A stretch of DNA of 35,689 nucleotides from a virus (IMGVR_UViG_3300035703_000245:1-35689); one strand, 5' to 3'; positions 16,048 to 26,535 are shown, numbered from the stretch's first letter. Notes: generated by a model not told the origin, from the letters alone. A program made the numbers and translations.

Positions 16048-17699
16048 TGGCTTCGGCCCCTATAAACCCTACGGCCCTTACGCCGCCGCGTGTTGAACTG
16101 ATCGACCCGCGGACCGGCGCTATCAGCCGCGAGTGGTATCGGTTCTTTTTGTCGCTGCTGTCAGCGACGCAAACCAACCAGCAAGAAACAAGTACGGCGC
16201 CCGACACGTCGGCGTTGCTGGCATCATATGACGCCATGCTGGCCGATCTGGCGCAAGAAGTGCAGTCGGCGCCCGACGCTGCCTCGGCCGTTTCGTCGTT
16301 GAGCGAAAAGGTCGATGATCTTTCGCAAGCGTTCGGCGTCAGCCCCCAGCCGCCGCTTGGCACGATGGCGTCTGTTCAGCAAGACAACGCGCGCTTTATC
16401 GGCTACTCGACTGCGCCGTCGCCGCCTGTGGTCTACACGCCGGGCGTAACTGCGTGGAACATCGACGACGGTACGCTGGACCTCGGGCTTTACGGCGGCG
16501 CGGTCTTAAAGATTGGCCAGCAAACCCTGTATTACGCCAAGAACACCAGCGGGTCATCTATACCCATTGGCACGCCGGTCATGTTCACCGGGGTTGTGGG
16601 GTCGTCGGGCAAGCTGACTTTCGGCTTGGCCGTGGCGGACGGCAGCGTGCCGCCCGAGTACATGATGGGCGTCACTAAGCAGACTATCGCCAACAACGAT
16701 TTTGGCTATATCGTCGATTTCGGCCTTGTGCGCGGGTTTAACACAACCGGCGCGCCCTACGGCGAGACGTGGTCGGACGGCGACCTTTTGTATTTCGACC
16801 CCGCGACGCCCGGCACATGGACGAACGTCGAGCCCGTAGCGCCGAACATCCACGTACCCGTGGCCGTGGTCGTCAACGCCGCGACGAGCGGCAGCGGCTC
16901 GATCTTCGTGCGCATGACCCAGAGCGAGCGGCTCGGCGAGTTGCAGGATGTGCGCATCAACGGCGTCGGGCCTGCCGCTGGACAAGTGCTGATCTACGAC
17001 GCGACGCAGCAGCGTTGGGAAAACAACACCCTTACCGCTGGCTCGAACGTCACCATCACAAACGGCGACGGCAGTATCACCATCGCGGCCAGCGACCAGT
17101 TCGTCGGCACTGTCACCAGCGTGAGCGGCACCGGCACCGTCAACGGCATCACGCTGACCGGCACGGTCACTAGCAGCGGCTCCCTAACGCTGGGCGGCAC
17201 GCTTTCTGGCGTCAGCCTGACCACGCAGGTGACGGGCACGCTTCCGGTCGGCAACGGCGGCACAGGCGCGACCACCCTGACCGGCTACGTTAAGGGCAAC
17301 GGCACTAGCGCGTTCACGGCGTCTTCCACCATTCCCGCCAGCGATGTGACGGGATTGGCTACGGTTGCCACGTCGGGGTCGTTCGCCGATCTGTCGAACA
17401 AGCCCGGCATCCGATCCAACGGCCAGAACGTCATTTCGGCCAGCACCACGCTTGGCGCGGGCGATAAAGGCACGAACATTCTCATTGTCACGTCCGGCAT
17501 CACCATAACTTTCCCTTCCACCGGCTACGCCAGCGGCGAAGGCGTGGTCATCAGCAACATCAGCGGCGGAAACGTCACGCTGTCTGCCCCCGGCGGCAGC
17601 GACTTTGGCACGACACTACCTAACGACGGCACCTTTTTTGCGTTCTGCGATGGCGGGGGTTTCTGGCGCCAGTATTGCTACTCAACGAGCCGCCTGTGA
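16047..17699 (+). CDS. Tail needle/fibre protein
   Basis: ISREWYRFF N-terminus; GTVTSV and LPVGNGGTGAT fibre repeats; Thr/Gly-rich. Confidence 0.75.
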   Translation: MASAPINPTALTPPRVELIDPRTGAISREWYRFFLSLLSATQTNQQETSTAPDTSALLASYDAMLADLAQEVQSAPDAASAVSSLSEKVDDLSQAFGVSPQPPLGTMASVQQDNARFIGYSTAPSPPVVYTPGVTAWNIDDGTLDLGLYGGAVLKIGQQTLYYAKNTSGSSIPIGTPVMFTGVVGSSGKLTFGLAVADGSVPPEYMMGVTKQTIANNDFGYIVDFGLVRGFNTTGAPYGETWSDGDLLYFDPATPGTWTNVEPVAPNIHVPVAVVVNAATSGSGSIFVRMTQSERLGELQDVRINGVGPAAGQVLIYDATQQRWENNTLTAGSNVTITNGDGSITIAASDQFVGTVTSVSGTGTVNGITLTGTVTSSGSLTLGGTLSGVSLTTQVTGTLPVGNGGTGATTLTGYVKGNGTSAFTASSTIPASDVTGLATVATSGSFADLSNKPGIRSNGQNVISASTTLGAGDKGTNILIVTSGITITFPSTGYASGEGVVISNISGGNVTLSAPGGSDFGTTLPNDGTFFAFCDGGGFWRQYCYSTSRL

Positions 17700-17707
17700 C
17701 CGAGCAA

Positions 17708-17736
17708 TTTACAAACAGGGCGATATGCCTTAGTGT
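17708..17736 (+). promoter_or_regulatory. Possible internal sigma70-type promoter for the tailspike
   Basis: TTTACA-17 bp-TAGTGT in a 75 bp gap. Confidence 0.5.
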
Positions 17737-17774
17737 TGCGCCGTACACGGCCGCGCCCAACAGAAGGATTGGTA

Positions 17775-19688
17775 ATGACTGTTAATCTTTCATCGCTCGG
17801 CGGCGCTGGGTGGCAGTTTTTCGACAACAACGGCAACCCGCTTTCGGGCGGCAAGATGTACACTTACGCAGCGGGAACGACCACGCCTGCGCCTACATAC
17901 ACGTCGAACAGCGGTTCCACAGCCAACCCCAACCCGATCATCCTAAATTCGGCAGGGCGCCCGCCTTCGCAGGTTTGGCTCGACAACAACGCCACGTACA
18001 AGTTCGTGCTGGCCACGTCTAACGACATTGTTCTGTGGACGATGGACAACATCCCCGGCATCGGGTCGTTTGCCACCACCACGATTGCCAACCTGCCTTC
18101 TGTCCTTCCGGCTGCGGGCGATATTGCGTTCGTGACGGACCTTGGCCGCGAGGGAACTTTTATCTGCCGCGCAGGCACCGCACCCAGCGATCCGCTGCAA
18201 GGCATCTATGTCCCGTCGAACACCGCCAACTTCTATTGGGAGCGCGAGTGGGACAACATCAACGGCTACCCCGAATGGTTTGGCGCGGTTGTCAACTCAA
18301 ATTCTGGCGGCGTCCCCGCGGCCAACTTGGCTGCGCTTCAGGCGTGCGTGGCGCTGTGCCCCGTCACTAACCTTCAGCCGGAAGACTACTGGATCAGCAG
18401 CACTTGGAAAATCCAGACGCAGTACCGCACCGTGCGCGGACAGGTCATGTCGGACGGCTACAACACCGGCACTGGCACCCGCGTGCTGTCAGTCAACGCC
18501 GCCGCTAACGTAATCCAAGTTGGCCCTGACAGCCCGCCGGGGGGTGGCACCAGTTTTTACTTCCGAAACATTATCGTCGAGAATATCTGCGCTCGGTGGG
18601 GGGTCGCGCTCACGCCCCCTAGCGCCGGCAACGAGAGCACTGCGGTCAAAGCGTGGCTCGTCAACTACGTCCTCAACTGCCAGTTTAAAAACTGCGCCGC
18701 GTGGGAGCCGATTATCGGTTTCTACATGTACGGATGCGTTTACACCAAGTTTGACGATTGCGTTGCTTTCCGCTCTGGGACTTACGGCGGCACCAACGAT
18801 TTTTACAGGGGTTTCTGGGCGCAAGGGGCGCCGCCCATTCTTGCGGGCGGCAACCCGTCGCTGTTCATCAACCGTTGCAACGCGAGCACCGGCGGGTCTC
18901 CCGCGCTTACCAGTTCCATCGGTTTTTTTGCGAACGCCAACATGTCGGACATGTTTATCGACAAGTTCGAAGTGGCCGCTATTCAGACAGGCATTTCGCT
19001 TGACGGAACCGGCGGCAATACCGGCGCGACAAAAATTAACATCCACATCCGCGACAGCATTTTGGATCAATGCACCCAGAACGGCATTGTTATCAACGCG
19101 CTAAACGAATTGGCTGCGATCACGATCAACGGTGGGTATGTTCAAGTCAACGACACCGGCCTGTCTGGCAAAGGCATTTTCTTGACCGGCAGCGTAAATG
19201 CGGGTTCCGTCTCTATCGGCGGCGGCATCCAGATATTTAGCGGCATCGGCACAACCAACAGCGGCATCTACATCAGCCAGCAGTCTAACGTTAAGGTGGA
19301 CAGCACCGTTATCATTAATAACTTTTACAACCCCATCGTTATCGACGGCGGTTCTGTAAACTGCAAGATTGACGCATCCATCAACAACCCTGACACGGGT
19401 AACGCTGGGTCGGCCGCTGTTCTGATAAACAACGCCCAACGCATTAGCATCGGGTGCAGCATCGACGGCAAGAGCAATGCTTTTGGCCAAGGCGTGTTTT
19501 CGGTCGGCACCGCGCTAGACAAAGCTGTTATCGACCCAACCATGTTTGACGCGGCGGCGATCAGCGGCGGTGCGGCTAACAAAGTCGTGGTCAACAGCGT
19601 GCAGATCACCAGCCCCGGCTACTACGACACGGCTGGCGCTTCTGGCACCAGCGGCGCCGGCATTTATGTGACCGGCATCACGGCATAA
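17775..19688 (+). CDS. Tailspike with probable beta-helix depolymerase domain
   Basis: N-terminal particle-binding region QFFDNNGNPLSGGK..YAAGTTTP..NPIILNSAGR, PEWFGA motif, then Asn/Ile/Gly-rich repeats; start re-called after AAGGA. Confidence 0.8.
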   Translation: MTVNLSSLGGAGWQFFDNNGNPLSGGKMYTYAAGTTTPAPTYTSNSGSTANPNPIILNSAGRPPSQVWLDNNATYKFVLATSNDIVLWTMDNIPGIGSFATTTIANLPSVLPAAGDIAFVTDLGREGTFICRAGTAPSDPLQGIYVPSNTANFYWEREWDNINGYPEWFGAVVNSNSGGVPAANLAALQACVALCPVTNLQPEDYWISSTWKIQTQYRTVRGQVMSDGYNTGTGTRVLSVNAAANVIQVGPDSPPGGGTSFYFRNIIVENICARWGVALTPPSAGNESTAVKAWLVNYVLNCQFKNCAAWEPIIGFYMYGCVYTKFDDCVAFRSGTYGGTNDFYRGFWAQGAPPILAGGNPSLFINRCNASTGGSPALTSSIGFFANANMSDMFIDKFEVAAIQTGISLDGTGGNTGATKINIHIRDSILDQCTQNGIVINALNELAAITINGGYVQVNDTGLSGKGIFLTGSVNAGSVSIGGGIQIFSGIGTTNSGIYISQQSNVKVDSTVIINNFYNPIVIDGGSVNCKIDASINNPDTGNAGSAAVLINNAQRISIGCSIDGKSNAFGQGVFSVGTALDKAVIDPTMFDAAAISGGAANKVVVNSVQITSPGYYDTAGASGTSGAGIYVTGITA

Positions 19689-19698
19689 GGACGAGATC

Positions 19699-20034
19699 AT
19701 GACCGTAAACGTCAGCAACATCATCCCGGCCAAGACCGCCGAGAACACCCAGACGACGCAGTACACGTCCGCGGGCGTCCAGACGATCATCGACAAGTTC
19801 ACCGCGACGAACTACAGCGCCTCGGCGGCGACGATCAGCGTCAACCTCGTCACGGCCGCTGGCAGCGCCGGCAACGACAACTTGATCGTCAAGACCAAGA
19901 CGCTCCAGCCGTCTGAGACCTACACGTTCCCGGAACTGGTCGGTCACGTCTTGCCGCTGAACGGCTTCATCTCGACCATCGCGGGCACGGCGTCGGCCAT
20001 CAACATCCGCGCGTCGGGTCGTCTGGTCAGCTAA
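19699..20034 (+). CDS. Hypothetical virion protein
   Basis: 111 aa beta-rich; TIIDKFTATN, ETYTFPELVG. Confidence 0.7.
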   Translation: MTVNVSNIIPAKTAENTQTTQYTSAGVQTIIDKFTATNYSASAATISVNLVTAAGSAGNDNLIVKTKTLQPSETYTFPELVGHVLPLNGFISTIAGTASAINIRASGRLVS

Positions 20035-20450
20035 TGTTGGAGCGGTGCTTCGACGCTGAGGTAGTCAACCTTGCGGCGAACCACCCCGACGTGCGCCCGT
20101 TTTTAGGCCCGGCGTCGCTTGGCGAACTGGACTTTGAAGAGGCCGTCGCGGAGGACTACAACTGGTTTCTGATGGGTGAGCACGGCGGGTTTGCGCTCGC
20201 TTGGAGTGGGCCGGGCGTCTACGAAGTGCACGTATTCATACTGCCGGAAGGCCGCGGCAAGTGGGCGGCGCAGGCGCGGCAAGAAGTGATCGACTTCGCC
20301 AAGGCCAACGGCGCGAAGATGTTGTGGGCGCGCATTTCACCAGCCGCCCGGTTTGTCTCGTATTTCGCCCGGCGCGGGGGTATGCAGCCAACAGGCGAAA
20401 TGATATACACACTAGGGTCGCCCTACGACCTGTATAAGATGGAGTTGTAA
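20034..20450 (+). CDS. GNAT-fold protein, P22 gp14-like position
   Basis: NHPDVRP, YEVHVFILPEGRGKWA acetyl-CoA loop-like motif; precedes the ejection genes. Confidence 0.7.
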   Translation: MLERCFDAEVVNLAANHPDVRPFLGPASLGELDFEEAVAEDYNWFLMGEHGGFALAWSGPGVYEVHVFILPEGRGKWAAQARQEVIDFAKANGAKMLWARISPAARFVSYFARRGGMQPTGEMIYTLGSPYDLYKMEL

Positions 20451-20452
20451 CG

Positions 20453-21478
20453 ATGCCACCGGCAGTTATTGCAGCAGGCGTAGGCGCAGCCGCTTCGGTT
20501 GGCGGCGGTTTGATCGCGCGCAGCGGCGCTAAGAAGGCGGCCCGCGCGCAGGTGCAGGCGGCCCAGAGCGCGGAACAGACCCAGCGCCAGATGTTCGAGC
20601 GGCAGCTTGAACTGCAAGAGCCGTTCCGTCAGGCGGGCATGACGGCCCAGCAGCAGATCATGAATTTGCTGGGGATCGGCCCGCGCCCTGCGGCGCCCGG
20701 CGCCCCCGGCGCGGCGGTTAACATCCGCGAAAACCCTGAAGCGTATGGCCTGAGCGCGATCAACATCCCCGCCATGTTTGGCCAAGCACCGCAGACAATC
20801 TACACAGACCAGCAAGGCCAAATTGTCTCGGACCTTGACGCCTACGCAGCCCGCAACCCGATAGCCGCGCCTGCCGCCGCGCCGGGCGCCCCTGCCGCGC
20901 CGGGCGCCCCTGCCGCGGCGGACGAATACGGCAGTCTGGCCCGCCCGTTCGGGATGCAGGACTTCCAGCAAGACCCCGGCTATGCCTTCCGCCAAGCGGA
21001 GGGTATGAAGGCGCTGGAGCGGTCGGCGGCTGCGCGCGGCGGCCTGATGTCGGGCGCCACCATGAAGGGCATCCAGCGGTTCGGTCAGGACTTGGCCAGC
21101 CAAGAGTACCAGAACGCCTTCAACCGCTTCCAGATCGAGCGCGCCGCGCGCCTGAACCCGCTCCAGTCGCTGATGGGTTCGGGCCAGTCGGCCGCGAACG
21201 TCATGACCGGTGCGACCGGGCAGGCCGGCCAGAACATCGGCCAGATGCAGCTTGGGGCTGGGCAGGCCCGCGCGTCGGGCTACGTCGGCAGCGCCAACGC
21301 GCTGGCCGGCGCGTTGCAGGGTATCGGGTCGGCGGCGATGCAGTTCCCGCTGTATCAGGCGCAGATGAACTATTTTAATCGCGGCGGCCGCGGCGCGGGC
21401 GGCGGCACATTCGGCCAAGTCTTTGCGGATTTGGGAGAGCCGCCGTACAACACGCCGCCGTACAATCCGGGGTATTAA
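20453..21478 (+). CDS. DNA ejection protein, P22 gp7-like
   Basis: Gly/Ala hydrophobic N-terminus; DPGYAFR..EG..ALERSAAARGGLMSGAT. Confidence 0.8.
   Translation: MPPAVIAAGVGAAASVGGGLIARSGAKKAARAQVQAAQSAEQTQRQMFERQLELQEPFRQAGMTAQQQIMNLLGIGPRPAAPGAPGAAVNIRENPEAYGLSAINIPAMFGQAPQTIYTDQQGQIVSDLDAYAARNPIAAPAAAPGAPAAPGAPAAADEYGSLARPFGMQDFQQDPGYAFRQAEGMKALERSAAARGGLMSGATMKGIQRFGQDLASQEYQNAFNRFQIERAARLNPLQSLMGSGQSAANVMTGATGQAGQNIGQMQLGAGQARASGYVGSANALAGALQGIGSAAMQFPLYQAQMNYFNRGGRGAGGGTFGQVFADLGEPPYNTPPYNPGY
20879..20914 (+). repeat. 18 bp tandem repeat, two copies (APGAPA)
   Basis: GCGCCGGGCGCCCCTGCC twice. Confidence 0.8.
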
Positions 21479-21481
21479 ATA

Positions 21482-23230
21482 ATGGCAAACCAAGCAATTG
21501 CCCTTCAGGCCCGCGCACCGCAGAATGACTTCCTAGGCCGCGCGATCCAGCAGAACGCGCAGATGATGAATATGATGTCGCAGCAGCGCGCAGCCGAGCG
21601 TCAGGCAGCGGCGCAGCAGCAAGAGATGAAACTGGCGCAGGAAAAGGCTGGGCGCGAGGCGACGCAGGCTGAGATCGACAACGCCGGTAAGCTGATCGAC
21701 CTGTACACCAAGCGCGCCGGGCAGACTTTGAACGCGGAAGGCTATGGGCTGCTGCTGCGCGACATGGACCGCGACGCGCCAGAGATTGCGGCCGCGTTCC
21801 GCGCCAACCTGCCGCCTGAGCGGTTCGACCGCAACGTGCTTTTGCAAATGGTCGGCAGCATCGGCGACAACTTCAAGGCGACCTTTGGCCCGCTGGAAAC
21901 CGAAGTGGTGCAGATGGAAGACGGCACGTTTGCCGTTGCTCGCACTGGCGGCTTCGGCAAGCCGGGCGTGTTCGAGTTGGAAGAGTTTCAGTTGCAGCCC
22001 GGCGGCAGCCCGGCGCCGTCTGGCGCGCCTGCGCAAAACCCCATGTCGGCGCCTCGCGCAACCGCGCCGGCGACCGACGCGCAGATCGACGAAGCTGCCC
22101 GCGCGATCATTGGCGGCGCTGGCGTCCAAGACGGCCCGCTGCGCGGCCTGAGCATGGAAGACTTCGACCGTGCGACCGAACGCGCCAACCAAATGACCGC
22201 CGGCGGCGGCGGCCGTATGCAGCCCATCTCCATGACGACTGGCGCACAGATGGGCGGCCAGCCGGACATGACTGCCGTGGTGCAGGACATGATGTCGTCG
22301 GGTCAGATTTCGCAGTCGAACCTGCAACTGATGCGTGAGATGGCCGGCCCCGACAAGGACGCCCAACTCGCCCAAATCCTCAAAGCCAACAACATCCGGA
22401 TCGTCCCCGACGAGCAGCCCGGTATGCGCAGCGCCGTGTTCCGGCCCGGTCAGGACGCCGCGCCGCAGATGCAGCTGGCGCAGTCGATGGAAGACTACCG
22501 TCCGACCGGCCGCGCGGCGCGGGGCAAGCCGCCTTTGCAGTCGCCGTCGCAAGCGCCCGGCGCCGCAGGCGCTGTGAGCGGGGCTACTACCGCTGCCAGC
22601 GAAGGCGTCCGCGTCCGGACGCAGCCCAAGATCGTCGCCGGCGAAGAGCGCGTTAAACGAGTAGAAAAGCTGCGTGGCGAACTGCCGCTGGCGCGGTCGG
22701 AAACGCAGACGCTGATCGACAACCTCGACCGCCGCATTGACGCGATTGATCGGTTCTTGCGCAATCCCTACCGCAGTTCGATCATCGGTGCCATCGAAGG
22801 CCGCATCCCGAAGATGCTTCAGACGCCGACCCGGGCCGACGTGCAGGCATTGTACGACACCATCGTCAGCAACACGGTCCTTAACAAGCTGATCGAAGAC
22901 CGGCAGGCGACCGAGACGGGCGCGTCGCCGCAGGGCATCGTGTCTGACCGCGACTTGGCGGTCGCGGCGCAAGCCTCTAACAGCCTGACGCAGACCGGGA
23001 CGGAGCGTCAGCAAGAGATTGAGATGCAGCGCCTGCGCAACATTCTCTACCAGACGCGCCAACGCGCTCTCGAAAAATACAATACGGTGTACCGTGAAGT
23101 GCTGTCGGAGGCGCCGGACCTGCGTTTGCAAGTGCCGTCGATTGCACCCAAGTACCAGAGCAAGCCGACCAAAGCGCAGCCGCAGCGCGGCGGCATCTCG
23201 CCGGACGTAGCCAAAAAGTACGGACTGTAA
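21482..23230 (+). CDS. DNA ejection protein 2 (gp20-like position)
   Basis: 582 aa Gln/Ala-rich helical protein; second of three. Confidence 0.65.
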   Translation: MANQAIALQARAPQNDFLGRAIQQNAQMMNMMSQQRAAERQAAAQQQEMKLAQEKAGREATQAEIDNAGKLIDLYTKRAGQTLNAEGYGLLLRDMDRDAPEIAAAFRANLPPERFDRNVLLQMVGSIGDNFKATFGPLETEVVQMEDGTFAVARTGGFGKPGVFELEEFQLQPGGSPAPSGAPAQNPMSAPRATAPATDAQIDEAARAIIGGAGVQDGPLRGLSMEDFDRATERANQMTAGGGGRMQPISMTTGAQMGGQPDMTAVVQDMMSSGQISQSNLQLMREMAGPDKDAQLAQILKANNIRIVPDEQPGMRSAVFRPGQDAAPQMQLAQSMEDYRPTGRAARGKPPLQSPSQAPGAAGAVSGATTAASEGVRVRTQPKIVAGEERVKRVEKLRGELPLARSETQTLIDNLDRRIDAIDRFLRNPYRSSIIGAIEGRIPKMLQTPTRADVQALYDTIVSNTVLNKLIEDRQATETGASPQGIVSDRDLAVAAQASNSLTQTGTERQQEIEMQRLRNILYQTRQRALEKYNTVYREVLSEAPDLRLQVPSIAPKYQSKPTKAQPQRGGISPDVAKKYGL

Positions 23231-23233
23231 CTC

Positions 23234-25780
23234 ATGCCGACTATGAAGCAACTTGAGCAGGCGCTGATGAAAGCCGACGCAGCCGGCGATGACCGCGCTG
23301 CTCGGCAGATTGCGGCAGAGATCAAGCGCCAGCGCGCGCAGCAGGCCAAGCCTAAACCTAAGCCGGTCAGCCGCACCAAGGCGTTCGGCGCCGGGCTGGT
23401 GTCGGGCTTCGAAAACGTCTCGAACACCATCGCTGGTATCGCTGGCGACATCGTGGACAAGTTCGACGTGACGCCCGCCGAGGCTGTCAGTTGGGCGGCG
23501 GAAAACCTGAGCGGCTACAGCCCTGCTGAAGCCAAGCGCATCGCCAAGAACCTGAGCGGGCTGCCGGGCTTCGGCGACATCGTCCGCGCTGGTGCTGAAA
23601 AGCGGCGGGAGCGTTTCGGTCCTATCCGCGAGCAACGCCCCAACGTCTTCGCTGCGGGGAAGATCGGCGGCGAGATCGTCGGCACGGCCCCCATCATTGT
23701 TACTGGCGGCGGCCTTACGGCCAAGGCCGGCGAAAAACTAGCGCGCACTGGCGGTCAGTTGACTGCGCGCGGCGTGGCGGGCGGCCGCGCGATCCAGAAA
23801 GGCGGCCGCGCCGTCCAGATGGGCGGCCGCGCGGTGCAGACTGGTGGCGTGGGCGTCCGCGCGCCGACGCGCACTGCCGTTGCAGCGCAGGCACCTGTTG
23901 CTGCGACCCGCACTGGCCGTATGGGGCTGCGGCTTGGCGGCGGCGCTGCTGCCGGGGCGGCCGCAGCGGAACTGACGGATCAGGAGGTTGTGGACGCGGC
24001 GCTGACTGGCGCGGTCATTCCGCTGGTAGGTACTGTCGCTCGGCGCGGTGCGGGCGCCACCTATGACCTGCTGCGCGGGCGCATCGGCGAGACCCGTGCG
24101 GCCGAAGTCATGCGCAACCTGATCTCGTCTAACCCGTCCGCCATTGCGGCCGCTCTGCGGGAGGCCCCGGAAAACGCACGTGCCAACACCGCTGAGTTTC
24201 TGGCGTCGCAGGGTCTACTCACGCCGGAACTGGCAGCCGCTACGCGCATCGCCAGCGCCAGCAGCCAAGGCGCACCGCTGGAGCAGGTGGCCCGGGCGCG
24301 TGCAGCCGGTCAGGAAGAGATGCGCGCGGCGCTGCGCGGCGGCGAGACCGGCACGGAAGCGATGCAGAACATCGGCGCCATGCGCCAGCAAGTCGCGGAA
24401 GTGACCGACCCCATGCGCGCGGCAGAGTTGGGCCGCGCGGACGTTGGCCGCACGGTGATGATCCCGCAAGAGCGCGCGGCCCAGATGGAAGACGCCATCG
24501 CCGCGGAAATCAATCGTTCGGGCCTCGTGCGCCGGATGCGCGGGCTGGAAGGCCGTTCGCTTGAGCAGATGGAAGCGGTGTTCCAAAACCCCGAGTTTTT
24601 CACGCCGGGAAGGGTGGTCGAGCGCATCGGCGAAGTAGCCGAGCAAGCGGGGCGCCGTGCTGACGAAGGAATTGAAGCGCAGATCGCCCTGCGCGATAGC
24701 GCCGCCGCTCGGCGGGCGGCTGTCGAAAACCTGCGCGCGCAGGGTCTCCAGCCGCTTAACATTGGCACCGTTGTCGGCGACTTGCGTGCGAAGGCCGCCG
24801 AAGCTGAGTTCGTCAACCCGCCGCGCTTCCGCGTGCTGACCGAGTTTGCCAACAACCTTGAACGCCGCGCGGCGTCGCAGGGCGGCGTCATCGACGCGAC
24901 CGGCCTCTACGAGTTGCGCAAGAGCATGGCCGACACCGTGGCCGATCTGCTGGGGCCGATGGAACCGGGCGCTCTCCAGCGCCGCACCGCAGAGCTGGTT
25001 GGCGAGGCCAAGCCGCTGATCGACGACGCCATCGAAACGGCGGGCGGCAGCGGCTGGCGTCAGTACCTCAACACCTTCGCTGCCGGTATGCGCGACGTTG
25101 AGCGCCAAGAGTTTGCGCGGGCGCTGGAGAAGCTGCCGGAAAAGCGTTTCCGCGACGTGATGGCCGGGAAAGACCCAGATTTCGTCTCCAAGTTCTTCGG
25201 CCCCGGCCGTTTCGACATCAACGTCGAACTCTTCGGTTCGCAGCTTCCGGTCGCGCAGCGGCTGGCGCGCGAAATCGGCGAGCAGGTGGACGTGGCCACG
25301 ACCGGCATGGAGAGTATGCCCACGTCGCTGCGCCTGTCGCACGGCGCCGGTGCTCGGGCGCGGGTGATGGAAGACCTGCAACCCGGTATGCGCAACCGCT
25401 TCGCGCGTCTTTTCGTCCGCCCCGATGTGCTTCCCGGCGTCAGCGGTAGCGTTGCTGCCGACCAGATCGCTCGCGGCGTTTCGCAGATGGTGTCCGAGAA
25501 CGCCATGCGTAATCTGGTCCCTGCGCTGGCCAGCCCGCAAGCCGCGTCGAACCTGCTGGGCGTCCGCAGCACTAGCAACGTTATGGCCGACTTCGTCAAC
25601 CGTCTTGGGCCGAGGCTGCGCGCGGCGCTCGGGCAGGCGCTTCAGCAGTCCGCGCGGGGCGCGGCGCAGCCTGTCCCCGCAGCGCCGGCGCTGCCTGAAA
25701 TTGACGTGCCGGGGGCCGACAGGCCGTTCAGCAACATCGACTACGACGAGTACGGCAACTACATTGGACCACGACGTTAG
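23234..25780 (+). CDS. DNA ejection protein 3 (gp16-like position)
   Basis: 848 aa Ala/Gly/Arg-rich; QLEQALMKADAAGD..AARQIA N-terminus. Confidence 0.65.
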   Translation: MPTMKQLEQALMKADAAGDDRAARQIAAEIKRQRAQQAKPKPKPVSRTKAFGAGLVSGFENVSNTIAGIAGDIVDKFDVTPAEAVSWAAENLSGYSPAEAKRIAKNLSGLPGFGDIVRAGAEKRRERFGPIREQRPNVFAAGKIGGEIVGTAPIIVTGGGLTAKAGEKLARTGGQLTARGVAGGRAIQKGGRAVQMGGRAVQTGGVGVRAPTRTAVAAQAPVAATRTGRMGLRLGGGAAAGAAAAELTDQEVVDAALTGAVIPLVGTVARRGAGATYDLLRGRIGETRAAEVMRNLISSNPSAIAAALREAPENARANTAEFLASQGLLTPELAAATRIASASSQGAPLEQVARARAAGQEEMRAALRGGETGTEAMQNIGAMRQQVAEVTDPMRAAELGRADVGRTVMIPQERAAQMEDAIAAEINRSGLVRRMRGLEGRSLEQMEAVFQNPEFFTPGRVVERIGEVAEQAGRRADEGIEAQIALRDSAAARRAAVENLRAQGLQPLNIGTVVGDLRAKAAEAEFVNPPRFRVLTEFANNLERRAASQGGVIDATGLYELRKSMADTVADLLGPMEPGALQRRTAELVGEAKPLIDDAIETAGGSGWRQYLNTFAAGMRDVERQEFARALEKLPEKRFRDVMAGKDPDFVSKFFGPGRFDINVELFGSQLPVAQRLAREIGEQVDVATTGMESMPTSLRLSHGAGARARVMEDLQPGMRNRFARLFVRPDVLPGVSGSVAADQIARGVSQMVSENAMRNLVPALASPQAASNLLGVRSTSNVMADFVNRLGPRLRAALGQALQQSARGAAQPVPAAPALPEIDVPGADRPFSNIDYDEYGNYIGPRR

Positions 25781-25794
25781 ACTTGGGCGCAGAC

Positions 25795-25971
25795 ATGACT
25801 ACGATTGACCAGACTGAAGCACGGCTGAACACGCACGAGGAAATCTGCACCCTGCGATACGAAAGCATCTGCGCTCGGCTCAAGCGTCTGGAAAGCGTGA
25901 GCATGGGGGCGGCGGGCACAATCATCATTCTGCTGCTTGGTATTCTTCTGACGCTGCTGGGGTTGAAATGA
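25795..25971 (+). CDS. Coiled-coil plus C-terminal TM protein (holin- or antiholin-like)
   Basis: HEEICTLRY...RLKRLE then a TM helix; ATGA-coupled to the endolysin. Confidence 0.6.
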   Translation: MTTIDQTEARLNTHEEICTLRYESICARLKRLESVSMGAAGTIIILLLGILLTLLGLK

Positions 25972-26360
25972 GCATTATTCTTGGCGCCCGTTCGCTGTCG
26001 CGGCTGCAAGGGGTTCATCCCGATCTGGTCCGCGTCGTCAAAAAAGCCGCCGCGATGTCGGACCTCGACTTCACGGTGCTCGAAGGTTTGCGCACCATCG
26101 AACGCCAGCGCCAGCTTATGAGGGAGGGCGCGACCCGCACGCTCAACTCGCGTCACCTGACCGGGCACGCCGTCGATCTGGCACCCATGCTCGGCGGTAA
26201 GGTATCTTGGGACTGGCCGCTTTATCACCGGCTGGCCAAGATCGTGAAGGCCGCCGCCGCGGCCGAGAAGGTTCCTATCCAGTGGGGTGGGGACTGGCGT
26301 ACCTTCAAGGACGGCCCGCACTGGGAACTGCCTTGGAAGGCCTATCCGAAAGGAAAATGA
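25968..26360 (+). CDS. Endolysin, M15 family L-Ala-D-Glu peptidase (T5-type)
   Basis: EGLRT..RQ, SRHLTGHAVDL, WGGDW..FKDGPHWEL zinc-ligand motifs. Confidence 0.9.
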   Translation: MSIILGARSLSRLQGVHPDLVRVVKKAAAMSDLDFTVLEGLRTIERQRQLMREGATRTLNSRHLTGHAVDLAPMLGGKVSWDWPLYHRLAKIVKAAAAAEKVPIQWGGDWRTFKDGPHWELPWKAYPKGK

Positions 26361-26361
26361 T

Positions 26362-26535
26362 ATGGTTCAGTTCATTCTTTCGCGGCTCAAGGAGCCTTCG
26401 ACCTTCGCAGGGCTGTCCGGCCTCGCGCTGGCGCTCGGCATTTCGGGCGAACTCTACAACGCCGCCGCGGGCGCCATCGCCGGTATCGCCGGTCTGGTCG
26501 CCGTCCTGCTGGCGGAAAAGGGCAAGCCCGAGTGA
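26362..26535 (+). CDS. Putative holin, two TM segments
   Basis: RLKEPSTFAGL then two hydrophobic segments; AAGGA RBS. Confidence 0.7.
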   Translation: MVQFILSRLKEPSTFAGLSGLALALGISGELYNAAAGAIAGIAGLVAVLLAEKGKPE

